This document shows, one piece after another, positions 1 to 8,983 of a DNA stretch of 47,622 bases. The translations under genes were made by a program, and so were the position numbers. The notes beneath the pieces are model-generated. The model made no database searches and had not been told where the DNA came from. It worked only from the letters and a program-made list of their open reading frames with translations. This DNA is from an uncultured Bacteroidia bacterium (GTDB taxonomy: Bacteria; Bacteroidota; Bacteroidia; Bacteroidales; UBA932): assembly GCA_902768955.1 (NCBI GenBank), contig CACXNH010000006.1:1-47622 (forward strand), written 5' to 3'. Position 1 is the first letter of the stretch. Every line of letters starts with the position of its first letter.

Positions 1-337
1 GTAACTATAACTCCTCTATGATATTGAAAATCTATTAGCCGTCGCAGTTCACCACCCTATGTCACAACGGTGGGGCCTTATACGAAGGCTTAGATATGGG
101 AATCTATGAACGGGAACAGTTCGCACCACCGTTGGAAGCATCCTTCCAGAACGATGGTGCAAATCTAAAAGTGAACGGGAGGGGCCCAAAGCCGCGCGAA
201 GCGCTGGCGCATGGGAGGGATAGGACCGAAGGTCCGTACCGGTCCGAAGGGCATAGGGCTATCCTGCAGGGCCAGGAGGGCGCTACACCGCGGCGGCTGG
301 GCAAAGGGGCCGGGACAGGCTGGGTGGGGCAAAACGG

Positions 338-1408
338 CTACACCGCGGCGGCGAGGCGGCGGGCGAGGTCAAGGAAGGCCTCGGAGTCCGGGCGGTCCTG
401 GAGGGCTGCGGGGGTGCCGAAATCGGCATCCTCGCGGATGGACTGGACCAGCGGAATCTGGCCGAGGAAGGGGATGTCAAGGTCCCGGGCCATCTTTTCT
501 CCGCCACCCTTGCCAAAGATGAAGTACTTCTCCTCAGGGTGCTCCAGCGGGGTGAACCAGGACATATTTTCCACAAGGCCGAAGACGGGCTTCTGGACCT
601 GGGGGTTACGGAACATGTTGACGCCGCGGAGGACATCGGCCAGGGCAACAGTCTGGGGAGTTGTAACTATGACGGCACCCTCTACGGGGACGTCTCCGAT
701 GAGGGTGATATGGATGTCTCCTGTTCCCGGGGGCATGTCTATGAGGAGGAAGTCCAGGGGGCCCCAGGCGGTTTGAAGGATAATCTGTTTAAGGGCGGTT
801 GAGGCCATGGGGCCACGCCAGATAAGGGCCTGGCCTTCAGAGGTTACGTGGCCCACGGAGAGCCATTTGACGCCGTATTTCTCTACGGGGACAAAGAGGG
901 CCGATTCTTCCTCCTCCCCCTGCATCCCTATCTGAGCGCCCTCCGTTCCGGTCATGGTGGGGATGGAGGGGCCGTAGACGTCGGCATCGGCAAGTCCAAC
1001 CCTGTAGCCAAGGCGGGCGAGGGCAACGGCAAGATTTACTGCAACGGTGCTTTTACCCACACCGCCCTTTCCGGATGCTATGCCGATAATATGGCGCACC
1101 TCCCGGAGCTGCTCCAGATTGAACTCGATTCCCTTCTTGGCGGGCTTGGCCGGCTCTTTGACAACGGTGTCCACCTCTATGGAAGTGCCGCCGGGAGCGT
1201 GCCTGTAAAGGCAGGACTGGACGGCGCCTACAAGATAGTTTTTGAGAGGGTCCGGGCGCTTGGGGAAGGCCAGGGTGACATGGATGCCGTCATCTGTAAC
1301 CTTCACGTCCTCAATCATTCCAAGTGCGGCAAGGGGAGCGTCTCCTTTTGCGGGGTGAGTAACCTCCCCAAGCCAGGAAAGTATCTGATTTTTATCCATT
1401 TTCAGCAT
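338..1408 (-). CDS. mrp: Mrp/NBP35 (ApbC) Fe-S cluster carrier ATPase
   Basis: IASGKGGVGKST Walker A, DADVYGPSIP, WRGPM, DMPPGTGD and VENMS motifs. Start placed at 1408 (alternative 1399), downstream of a TACTTTTG -7 promoter element. Confidence 0.93.
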   Translation of the reverse strand: MLKMDKNQILSWLGEVTHPAKGDAPLAALGMIEDVKVTDDGIHVTLAFPKRPDPLKNYLVGAVQSCLYRHAPGGTSIEVDTVVKEPAKPAKKGIEFNLEQLREVRHIIGIASGKGGVGKSTVAVNLAVALARLGYRVGLADADVYGPSIPTMTGTEGAQIGMQGEEEESALFVPVEKYGVKWLSVGHVTSEGQALIWRGPMASTALKQIILQTAWGPLDFLLIDMPPGTGDIHITLIGDVPVEGAVIVTTPQTVALADVLRGVNMFRNPQVQKPVFGLVENMSWFTPLEHPEEKYFIFGKGGGEKMARDLDIPFLGQIPLVQSIREDADFGTPAALQDRPDSEAFLDLARRLAAAV

Positions 1409-1464
1409 TATTTCCACAAAAGTACGCAAAAAACACTAAATTTGTGAAAATAAATAGACTTTAG

Positions 1465-3546
1465 ATGAAACGTATCCTTACCTTCCTTGCAGCACTTGCA
1501 GTGTGCACCGTAGCGGTGGCCGATGAAGGCATGTGGCTGCTTCCACTCCTTAAACAACTCAACGGAAAAGACCTCCGCGCGGCAGGTTGCAACCTTACCC
1601 CGGAACAGATTTACTCTATCAACAAAACCTCCCTCAAGGACGCCATCGTGCATTTTGGCGGAGGCTGCACCGGCGAGATGATTTCTGACCAGGGCCTCCT
1701 TGTCACCAATCACCACTGCGGTTACAGCAGCATCCAGGGCCTGTCTACGGACGAGCATAACTACCTCATGGACGGCTACTGGGCCAAATCCCTGGATGAG
1801 GAGATCCCCTGCCCGGGCCTTACCGTCACCTTCCTTGTAAGCATGGAAGACGTGACAAAGGTGATTGAGGAAGGGACAATATCGGCCGATGCCCTTGAGA
1901 AGGCCGCTGAAGAAGCCAATCCCGGCTGCACCGCCAGCGTAACGGGTTTTTACAACGACAACGTCCATTACCTCATTATCTACCGCACGTACAAGGATGT
2001 CCGCTTTGTGGGTGCTCCCCCGGCATCCATGGGTAAATTCGGCGGAGAGACGGACAACTGGATGTGGCCCCGCCACACCTGCGACTTTTCCATGTTCCGC
2101 GTGTATGCCGGCAAAGACAACAATCCCGCAGAGTACTCTGAGGACAACGTCCCCATGAAGCCCGCAAAGAGCCTGAAAGTGTCCCTGAAGGGGGTCAAGG
2201 AAGGAGATTACGCAATGGTCATAGGCTATCCGGGACGCACTCAGCGCTACCAGACCGCCACCCAGCTCAACGACATGATAGCCACCAACCGCATCCGCAT
2301 TGACGCCCGCACCATCCGCCAGGACATTATGTGGGAGGAAATGATTGCCGACAAATCCGTCCAGTTAAAGTATGCCGACAAATACGCCGGCAGCGCAAAC
2401 GGCTGGAAGAAGTGGCAGGGAGAGGAGCTTGCGTTCAAGAACCTCAATATCATCGGCCGTGAAGAGGCCAAAGAGGCAGCCCTGAAAGCCTGGATTGAGG
2501 CCGATCCTTCCCGCAAGGCAAAATACGGAGACCCCGTGAAGGATATAGACAAGTACGTGAAAGACAATGCCGATGCAACGGCCGCCGTGTACAAGATTGC
2601 AGAAGGCCCCTACCAGATTGAGATTGCCCGGTTTGCAAATGCCCTGCCCGCTCTTTTCCACAATGAGCTCAAGGCCGGGAAAGACTCCACGGAGGCCTTT
2701 GAAAGCGCCAAGGAACAGCTTAAAGAACAGTACAGGGACTATGTGGTAAGCATTGACAAGAAAACCGCCGCGGCCCTTCTGGAGCACTACCGCAACTGCG
2801 CAGCCCCGGAAGATTACCTGAAGATTGGCGAGCGTGATTTTGCCACCCTGGACATTCCCGCATACGTGGAGGAACTCTTTGCCGGCAGCATTTACGCATC
2901 GGAGGAAAAAGTCCTTGCCGCATCTATGGAAGATGCCATGAAAGACCCTGCAACGGAGTTGTTGCAGGCCATCATGGGTGCCCTTATGGACAAATACACT
3001 CTCCTGTACGCCTCTGAGGACTCCACCTATGACAAAGCCCGCAAGAACTTTGCCGCCGCCCTTATGGAGTGGCAGAAAGGAAAAGCCATGTACCCGGACG
3101 CCAATTCCACAATGCGCCTCACTTATGGCCATGTGCTCCCCTACAGCCCCAAGGACGCGCTCAAGTATGAGTACTACACCACTGCCCAGGGCCTCCTGGA
3201 GAAAGAAAACCCTGAGGATCCAGAGTTCATCCTTCCTGCAGGCATCAAGTCCCTTCTCCTTGCCCGGGATTACGGCAGGTGGGCTGCCCAGGACGGCACT
3301 CTACGCACATGCTTCCTGACCAATAACGACATCACCGGCGGCAACTCCGGCTCCCCGGTACTGGATGCAAAGGGCAACCTGATAGGCCTTGCATTTGACG
3401 GAAACTGGGAGAGCATGAGCTCCGACGTAATGTTTGAACCCGCCCTCCAGAGGTGCATCTGCGTGGATATCCGCTATGTCCTGTGGCTTGTGGAAAAATA
3501 CGGCGGCGCCACCAACATCATCAATGAAATAACTTACGCAAAATAA
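1465..3546 (+). CDS. dpp7: S46 family dipeptidyl peptidase, DPP7-like
   Basis: Signal peptide followed by DEGMW, TNHHC, DNWMWPRHTCDF and catalytic TGGNSGSPV. FDGNWE has Gly where DPP11 has Arg. Confidence 0.9.
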   Translation: MKRILTFLAALAVCTVAVADEGMWLLPLLKQLNGKDLRAAGCNLTPEQIYSINKTSLKDAIVHFGGGCTGEMISDQGLLVTNHHCGYSSIQGLSTDEHNYLMDGYWAKSLDEEIPCPGLTVTFLVSMEDVTKVIEEGTISADALEKAAEEANPGCTASVTGFYNDNVHYLIIYRTYKDVRFVGAPPASMGKFGGETDNWMWPRHTCDFSMFRVYAGKDNNPAEYSEDNVPMKPAKSLKVSLKGVKEGDYAMVIGYPGRTQRYQTATQLNDMIATNRIRIDARTIRQDIMWEEMIADKSVQLKYADKYAGSANGWKKWQGEELAFKNLNIIGREEAKEAALKAWIEADPSRKAKYGDPVKDIDKYVKDNADATAAVYKIAEGPYQIEIARFANALPALFHNELKAGKDSTEAFESAKEQLKEQYRDYVVSIDKKTAAALLEHYRNCAAPEDYLKIGERDFATLDIPAYVEELFAGSIYASEEKVLAASMEDAMKDPATELLQAIMGALMDKYTLLYASEDSTYDKARKNFAAALMEWQKGKAMYPDANSTMRLTYGHVLPYSPKDALKYEYYTTAQGLLEKENPEDPEFILPAGIKSLLLARDYGRWAAQDGTLRTCFLTNNDITGGNSGSPVLDAKGNLIGLAFDGNWESMSSDVMFEPALQRCICVDIRYVLWLVEKYGGATNIINEITYAK

Positions 3547-3550
3547 CTGC

Positions 3551-4225
3551 ATGAAAAGAATTCTTACTCTTTTTGCAGCAGGAATCATCGGACTTTGCGC
3601 CTATGCTCAGGAATCCAGGATACTGGACGACTGGAACAGGCAGATGGAGGCGCGTCTGGACAACTTCTTTTCTCCGTTCGCATACACCAACTTCACCTAT
3701 AATAATTTCCTGGGGGCAGCTGAAGGAGTTAACAGAAGCGGGTGGGGAATTGAACTGTCCGGTCTCCATTTTGGCATCAGGCCATGGAGTGGCGGCAGGT
3801 TCACCCTTGGCCTTTTTGACATGGCCTTTGACTTTGGATATCTCAAGATGGGCTATAATTACGTCCCGTTAAATAAGGATGTTGCGGTTAACAGCACTCT
3901 TGTTCCGGACGGCAGCAGAAGCACCATCACAAACTTTGCATATATGTTCCCGATAGGCTATATCCAGAAGATTGGGGACACAAACTGGTCTGCGGCCATT
4001 CTTGTATCCCCCGGTTTTGGATGGGACAGGTACCGTAACAAATATACCCTTGACAATGTCCGCCACGAGGACGACCTCAGGATAGACCGCGGCGGCTCAT
4101 ACTTCCGCATGGACGTGAAGGCCATGATCTGGTACGACATCGTTGGTATTGTGGCCCGATACTCCTTTCCAAAGGATTTCAAGGGGCCCGGGGTTGTTTC
4201 TGCTGGTATTTCTTTCAGAATCTAA
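3551..4225 (+). CDS. Probable outer-membrane beta-barrel protein
   Basis: Signal peptide, alternating amphipathic strands, C-terminal SAGISFRI beta-signal-like end. Confidence 0.6.
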   Translation: MKRILTLFAAGIIGLCAYAQESRILDDWNRQMEARLDNFFSPFAYTNFTYNNFLGAAEGVNRSGWGIELSGLHFGIRPWSGGRFTLGLFDMAFDFGYLKMGYNYVPLNKDVAVNSTLVPDGSRSTITNFAYMFPIGYIQKIGDTNWSAAILVSPGFGWDRYRNKYTLDNVRHEDDLRIDRGGSYFRMDVKAMIWYDIVGIVARYSFPKDFKGPGVVSAGISFRI

Positions 4226-4298
4226 GATTCCCGGTCAAGCCGGGAATGACGTTACACCCGGCACTGACAACGTTACACCCGGCACTGACCGGGTGTCT
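4226..4298. repeat. REP-like palindromes (family B) plus a 21-bp-period duplication between convergent genes
   Basis: GATTCCCGGTCAAGCCGGGAATGAC hairpin (4226-4250). CGTTACACCCGGCACTGAC occurs twice (4250, 4271), the second ending in CGGGTGTCT. Confidence 0.8.
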
Positions 4299-4300
4299 TT

Positions 4301-4915
4301 TCAGAACAGACTGGGTTCCAGTTCTTTTACATGGAAAGATTTCCGGTGCCATGGCGTATAGCCGTGGCGCCGGATTGCTTCTATATGCTCAGGCGTGGGG
4401 TACCCCATATTACGGTCCCAGCCATACTCCGGGTATTCCAGGGCTATTTTTCGCATGAAGCTGTCACGGTAAGTTTTGGCAAGGACGGAGGCTGCGGCAA
4501 TGCTGGCGTAGGTGGCGTCTCCGTGCACTACGGTCTGGAAATCCTTGAAGCCATAGCCCTGGAAGGGACGGAATCTGTTGCCGTCTATGAGGAGGAAATC
4601 CGGTGCCGGGCATAGCCTTTGAACAGCCCTCTGCATACCTGTGACCGATGCCCAAAGGATATTGAGCTCATCTATTTCATGGGCAGATACAGCCTCAACT
4701 GCCCAGGCTATGGCCTCCTGCTCTATTATAGGCCTGAGTTCTTCCCGGGCCTTTTCCGTCATCTGTTTGGAGTCATTGAGGAGCGGATGGAAAAAGTCCG
4801 GAGGGAGGATTACCGCGGCGGCGTAAACGGGTCCGGCAAGGGGGCCGCGGCCGGCTTCGTCACAGCCCGCTTCAAGCCTTCCCGGCTCCAGATATGGCTT
4901 CAGATTGGGCTTCAT
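4301..4915 (-). CDS. rnhB: Ribonuclease HII
   Basis: GCDEAGRGPLAGPV, LNDSK, IDGN, SIAAASVLAK, GYPT..H and HRKSF motifs. Confidence 0.97.
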   Translation of the reverse strand: MKPNLKPYLEPGRLEAGCDEAGRGPLAGPVYAAAVILPPDFFHPLLNDSKQMTEKAREELRPIIEQEAIAWAVEAVSAHEIDELNILWASVTGMQRAVQRLCPAPDFLLIDGNRFRPFQGYGFKDFQTVVHGDATYASIAAASVLAKTYRDSFMRKIALEYPEYGWDRNMGYPTPEHIEAIRRHGYTPWHRKSFHVKELEPSLF

Positions 4916-4980
4916 CTACTCAAATCCGTCATTTTGGGTCAATTTTGCCGGTTTTCAGTTTGGCGGCTGAGTGAAATCCG

Positions 4981-7605
4981 TCAAAAACTGGCATTTTTGC
5001 GGGTTTTCAATAACAGGGCTAATGCAAGGAGTGCCAGTAGCAGCAGGGAGGCTATAAGAGATACCGTGGCGCCGGTCTTATAGCTCTGAGGAGCGAAACG
5101 CATCACAACCTCATGGTCTCCGGCAGGAAGGAGGGCGCCGCGGAGGGTCCAGTCGGCCCGGAAGATATCCAGAGGCTCTCCATCTACGGTGGCATTCCAG
5201 CCGCCCGGGTAGAAGACTTCGCTGAAAACGGCTACGCGGTCCTGAGGGGTGGAGTAGCGGTAGCGGACCTCGTTGGGGGTGTAAGAGGTCATTTCGATGG
5301 AGCCCCCCTGAACGGAAGGGGATTCTTCGCTACCGCTCAGAATGACAGAAAGGGTAGCTCCGGGGACAGAAGCACCCGTCACGCCCGGCACGGACCGGGC
5401 GTCTACAACGGCGGTGGTGCGAAGATCCACCTGGCCGATAAGGGCAATCTCCTCGTCCGGAGTGGAGGCGGTAACGACGCTGTCCACAAACCACGCGGGT
5501 CCAAAGGCGGCGTAGTTCTCTACGGGCGGATATTTGTCGTCTACAATGAGATAACGCGTGTTGAGGGCATTGAGGACGGGGGTTTTATCGGCCATATAGG
5601 CGGCTATGTCGTCAAGGGTTTCTGCGTCCCCGAGGGCCTTGTAGATGCCGTTGATTTCTCCGGTGAGATAATGGTCTATGAGGTCCTGGTAGCGCTGCAG
5701 TTTTGCAGGAGAATAACCGCCCACATTCTTATGCCGATAACTGGGCACGGAACTATTGAAAACGTTGACTGTGATATCCAGGACGCGGTACTGAGGGTCC
5801 CCGTCTTCAAGGATCATCTTGTCTACGGGGCGCTCGGCGAAAGGCTTGTTGAAGTCCTTGGGGGTGATGAAGTCATCGGCATTGAGGTAGCGCTTTCCTG
5901 CAGCAAAGAGATCCAGTGCTGCAAAAAGACAGATGCACACTGCGGCCACCCATTTACGGCTATATCCGGCGAAAGCCTTTGCTTGCTCCGTCTGGCCCTT
6001 GGGGTCGAATGCCCAGAAAAGAAGGCCGAACGACGCAAGGATGAGAAGAAGCGAGCGTATGGCATCGGCCTTGAACAGGGCGATGCGGTCTTTCACAAGG
6101 GCCTCTACCAGAATGTCCTGCATTCCATCGTCGGAGGCTCCGGAGAAACTGCCGAACATACCGGGCGCCAGCCAGCAAAGGAAGCAGAAACCGCCGGTGA
6201 CCGCCAGGGCTATCCAGCTGGCCTTAAACAGTTCTTTTTTACTATATTCTTCACGGACTATGCGGTCAAGCGTGAGGAAGCCAAGAACCGGCAGGGATAC
6301 CTGCAGCACAACCAGCGCCATAGATACCGTGCGGAACTTGTTGTAAAGCGGCAGATACTTGAAGCAGAACTCCGTAAACGCCATGAAATGACTGCCCACG
6401 GCCATCAGGACGGCTATTATTGTGGCCGCCAGGAGCCACCATTTTTCGCGGCCCCGGTACAGGCCCAGGCCCAGCACAAAGAGGAAGACGGCGATTGCGC
6501 CCATATACATGGGCCCTGCGGTAAATGGCTGTGGCCCCCAGTAGAGCGGCAGCGCCTTGGCTGTTTCACGGAGGTTCTTCTGACCGTATTTCTTGAGGAG
6601 TTTGATGGTCTCGGACTTATCCGGATTCACGGCCCCGGAAGATGACCCTCCGTTGAAATTGGGGATGAGCATATTGGGAAGTTCTTCCCAGCCGTAACTC
6701 CAGGCCGTGGCGTAATCAAGGTCCAGGCCATTTGAGTTGGCGCCTTCCTTTGAAAGTTCGGAACCGCCCCTCATGGTGTTGGGGGTGTATTTTGCAAGGG
6801 GCAGGAGCTTGTTCACATTGGTTGCAATGCCAGCCCCGCCAAGCACCAGCAATAGGGCCGATGCTATCCAGAATTGCTTCCATCGCTTTGTGCGGAATGT
6901 GTGGATGAATTCCGCCACGGCGTACAGCAGCACCATTATGGCAAGGTAGTAGGTAATCTGCTGGTGGTTTGCCTTTATCTGCATGCTGAGTGCAAGGCCG
7001 AAGAGAGTGGCTCCAAGGAGCATTTTGGCGGGAGATTCTTCACTTCGTTCAGAATGACAAGACGATGTGTTCCTGTCATCCTGAGCGGTAGCGAAGGATC
7101 TCCGTTTATAAGTGTACACCAGGGCCGCAAGCACCCAGGGCATAAAGGCAATGGCCTGCATCTTGGTGTTGTGGCCCACCTGGATTATCTGGAAATTGTA
7201 ACTGCAGAAGGCCACGGCAATTGCGCCGCCTATGGCCACAGGCCAGCTTACCCCCAGCGCCAGGAACAGCAAAAACGCGCCCAGAAGTGCCACAAAAAGG
7301 TATGTAGCCGGACGTTTACCCAGCATCAGGAGTTTGTAAATCCACTGGGTGCAGTCTCCCTTCGTGGGTGCGGCGATTGCAGTTGTGGGCATGCCGCCAA
7401 ACATGGAATCGGACCAGTACGCAGGATCTTCGGGGTGGGCCTTGTTCCACTCGGTCATCTCATGGGACATGCCGATGTACCCTGAGATATCGCTCTGGTT
7501 AACTATCTTTCCTTCAAGTACTTTTGGCACAAAGCCGTAACTCAGTGCAAGGAAAAGTACCACTACGCCTGCTGCTGCGGCTATTTTTTTTACAATTGGG
7601 GTCAT
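4981..7605 (-). CDS. YfhO-family polytopic membrane protein with two in-frame REP-derived inserts
   Basis: WSDSMFGGMP, HQQITYY, YWGPQPFTAGPMY, GGYSPAKLQRYQD and FSEVFYPGGW motifs; many hydrophobic segments. Confidence 0.85.
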   Translation of the reverse strand: MTPIVKKIAAAAGVVVLFLALSYGFVPKVLEGKIVNQSDISGYIGMSHEMTEWNKAHPEDPAYWSDSMFGGMPTTAIAAPTKGDCTQWIYKLLMLGKRPATYLFVALLGAFLLFLALGVSWPVAIGGAIAVAFCSYNFQIIQVGHNTKMQAIAFMPWVLAALVYTYKRRSFATAQDDRNTSSCHSERSEESPAKMLLGATLFGLALSMQIKANHQQITYYLAIMVLLYAVAEFIHTFRTKRWKQFWIASALLLVLGGAGIATNVNKLLPLAKYTPNTMRGGSELSKEGANSNGLDLDYATAWSYGWEELPNMLIPNFNGGSSSGAVNPDKSETIKLLKKYGQKNLRETAKALPLYWGPQPFTAGPMYMGAIAVFLFVLGLGLYRGREKWWLLAATIIAVLMAVGSHFMAFTEFCFKYLPLYNKFRTVSMALVVLQVSLPVLGFLTLDRIVREEYSKKELFKASWIALAVTGGFCFLCWLAPGMFGSFSGASDDGMQDILVEALVKDRIALFKADAIRSLLLILASFGLLFWAFDPKGQTEQAKAFAGYSRKWVAAVCICLFAALDLFAAGKRYLNADDFITPKDFNKPFAERPVDKMILEDGDPQYRVLDITVNVFNSSVPSYRHKNVGGYSPAKLQRYQDLIDHYLTGEINGIYKALGDAETLDDIAAYMADKTPVLNALNTRYLIVDDKYPPVENYAAFGPAWFVDSVVTASTPDEEIALIGQVDLRTTAVVDARSVPGVTGASVPGATLSVILSGSEESPSVQGGSIEMTSYTPNEVRYRYSTPQDRVAVFSEVFYPGGWNATVDGEPLDIFRADWTLRGALLPAGDHEVVMRFAPQSYKTGATVSLIASLLLLALLALALLLKTRKNASF
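5318..5404. repeat. Composite REP insert (family A plus family B) inside the yfhO-like CDS
   Basis: GATTCTTCGCTACCGCTCAGAATGACA (to 5347) and CGTCACGCCCGGCACGGACCGGGCGTCT (5377-5404); translated as ARSVPGVT...VILSGSEESP. Confidence 0.8.
7031..7103. repeat. Inverted pair of family-A REPs (REPIN-like) inside the yfhO-like CDS
   Basis: GGAGATTCTTCACTTCGTTCAGAATGACA-N14-TGTCATCCTGAGCGGTAGCGAAGGATCTCC; translated as RSFATAQDDRNTSSCHSERSEESP. Confidence 0.88.
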
Positions 7606-8978
7606 TTGGTATTGTTTTGAGATCCTTCGCTTCGCTCAGGATGACAGGTGGGGGACGCAACTTTTGTCAGGAGGACCGCAACTTTAGTCCGGGGGGACGC
7701 AACTTTTGTCAGGAGGGACGCAAGCTCATGGGTTGTAGCGCGGCGGGAATATCGGCCGATTTCACCTTTTGTCTCAGGGATGCCGCCTTCACAGTGCTGC
7801 TGCCAGGCTTTCTCAAGGAAAGCCTTCAGGGCCGCCTCATTGTCCCAATTTGCGGTAGTTCCGGCTTCTGCGGTACTGATTACGCGCGCCATAGCCCCGT
7901 CTTCCTGTCCTATTCCAAGGATGGGCCGGCGGGAAGCCAGGTACTCGAAGAGTTTTCCGGGAAGGATAGGCCTGTAGAGGGGGTCATTCCTCAGGGGAAG
8001 GATAAGGATGCTGGCTGCTCTTTGCTCCATTACCGCCGTGGCGTGATCCGTGGGTCCAAGGGCCACTACATTATCCTCCAATCCGGCTGCTTTAATGGCC
8101 TCCAGCACCTCCCTGTCCACTTTTCCCACAAGGCGGAGGCGGAGTTCTTCCCGGAATCCCGGCACGGACGCCGCCATCTTTCCCAGCACTTTCCAAAGGA
8201 CGAAAGGGTTGCCGTCGGCTGCAAAAAGACCGGTGTGGGTTATGTTGAAAAGGGTATCGGCCTTGGGAGCAGGGCCGGTGAAATCCTCTTCATCGTAGCC
8301 GTTGGTTATCATTGCGACGGGCGTTGTTGTCTGGGCCTCAAAGTCCTCCTTCACCAACGGGGTGCAGGTGAGGACGGTGGAGCATTCGTCCAGCACAGCC
8401 TGCTCCTGGGCGCGTAGTTTCCGCCAGGTGGCGGCGGTCATAGGGAGGTACCTGAGGTAATACATCCTGCTCCAGGGATCACGGAAATCCGGGATCCAGG
8501 GAATACCCGTTGCCTTATGGAGTTTCTGGCCGATAAGATGCACCGAATGCGGCGGCCCCGTGGTTACAATTGCGTCCACAGGATGCTCCTGAAGGTACTG
8601 CAGCAGCGTTTTTACACTTGGCTTCACCCAGCCTATGCGAGGGTCCGGGACAAAGAGATTTGCCCTTATCCACAGGCTCAGGCGCTGCTTGAAAGTCTTT
8701 TTGCCGCTGGAAATTTCCGTAACCTCCGTGCTTTTTGCGCCAGTGAGTTTACGGTAAGCGGCATAAGGTTCCCAGATGCGGCCGTGAAGGACTTTGATAT
8801 CGGCCGGAATTTCAGAGGCCAAAGATGGATCCAGTGCAGGGTAATCGGCATTCTCCGGAGCAAAAACCACCGGCTCCCAGCCCTCTGAGGGCAGGTACTT
8901 CACAAATTTCACCCAGCGCTGCACGCCGGAACCGCCTGACGGCGGCCAATAATACGATATTACAAGTACGCGGCGCAT
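7602..8978 (-). CDS. GT4-family glycosyltransferase
   Basis: YYWPPSGGSGVQRW, TTGPPHSVHL, DFRDPW, ITNGYD and PGKLFEYLA motifs. The C-terminal tail is derived from repeats. Confidence 0.9.
   Translation of the reverse strand: MRRVLVISYYWPPSGGSGVQRWVKFVKYLPSEGWEPVVFAPENADYPALDPSLASEIPADIKVLHGRIWEPYAAYRKLTGAKSTEVTEISSGKKTFKQRLSLWIRANLFVPDPRIGWVKPSVKTLLQYLQEHPVDAIVTTGPPHSVHLIGQKLHKATGIPWIPDFRDPWSRMYYLRYLPMTAATWRKLRAQEQAVLDECSTVLTCTPLVKEDFEAQTTTPVAMITNGYDEEDFTGPAPKADTLFNITHTGLFAADGNPFVLWKVLGKMAASVPGFREELRLRLVGKVDREVLEAIKAAGLEDNVVALGPTDHATAVMEQRAASILILPLRNDPLYRPILPGKLFEYLASRRPILGIGQEDGAMARVISTAEAGTTANWDNEAALKAFLEKAWQQHCEGGIPETKGEIGRYSRRATTHELASLLTKVASPRTKVAVLLTKVASPTCHPERSEGSQNNTK
7619..7722. repeat. 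Family-A REP plus ~21-bp tandem repeats in the 3' end of the glycosyltransferase
   Basis: GAGATCCTTCGCTTCGCTCAGGATGACA (7619-7646), then GGGGACGCAACTTTTGTCAGGAGG-type units giving LLTKVASP twice. Confidence 0.8.
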
Positions 8979-8983
8979 CTTTT

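Noticed and set aside
1-11. GTAACTATAAC resembles the 23S rRNA/I-CeuI site
   Set aside because: The match stops after 11 nt and no rRNA sequence follows.
96-776. 226-aa plus-strand ORF
   Set aside because: Mostly the antisense shadow of mrp, with no recognisable motifs.
5113-6645. 510-aa plus-strand ORF, and similar long ORFs at 30795-31808 and 31953-33287
   Set aside because: Antisense shadows of well-supported genes, expected with biased codon usage.
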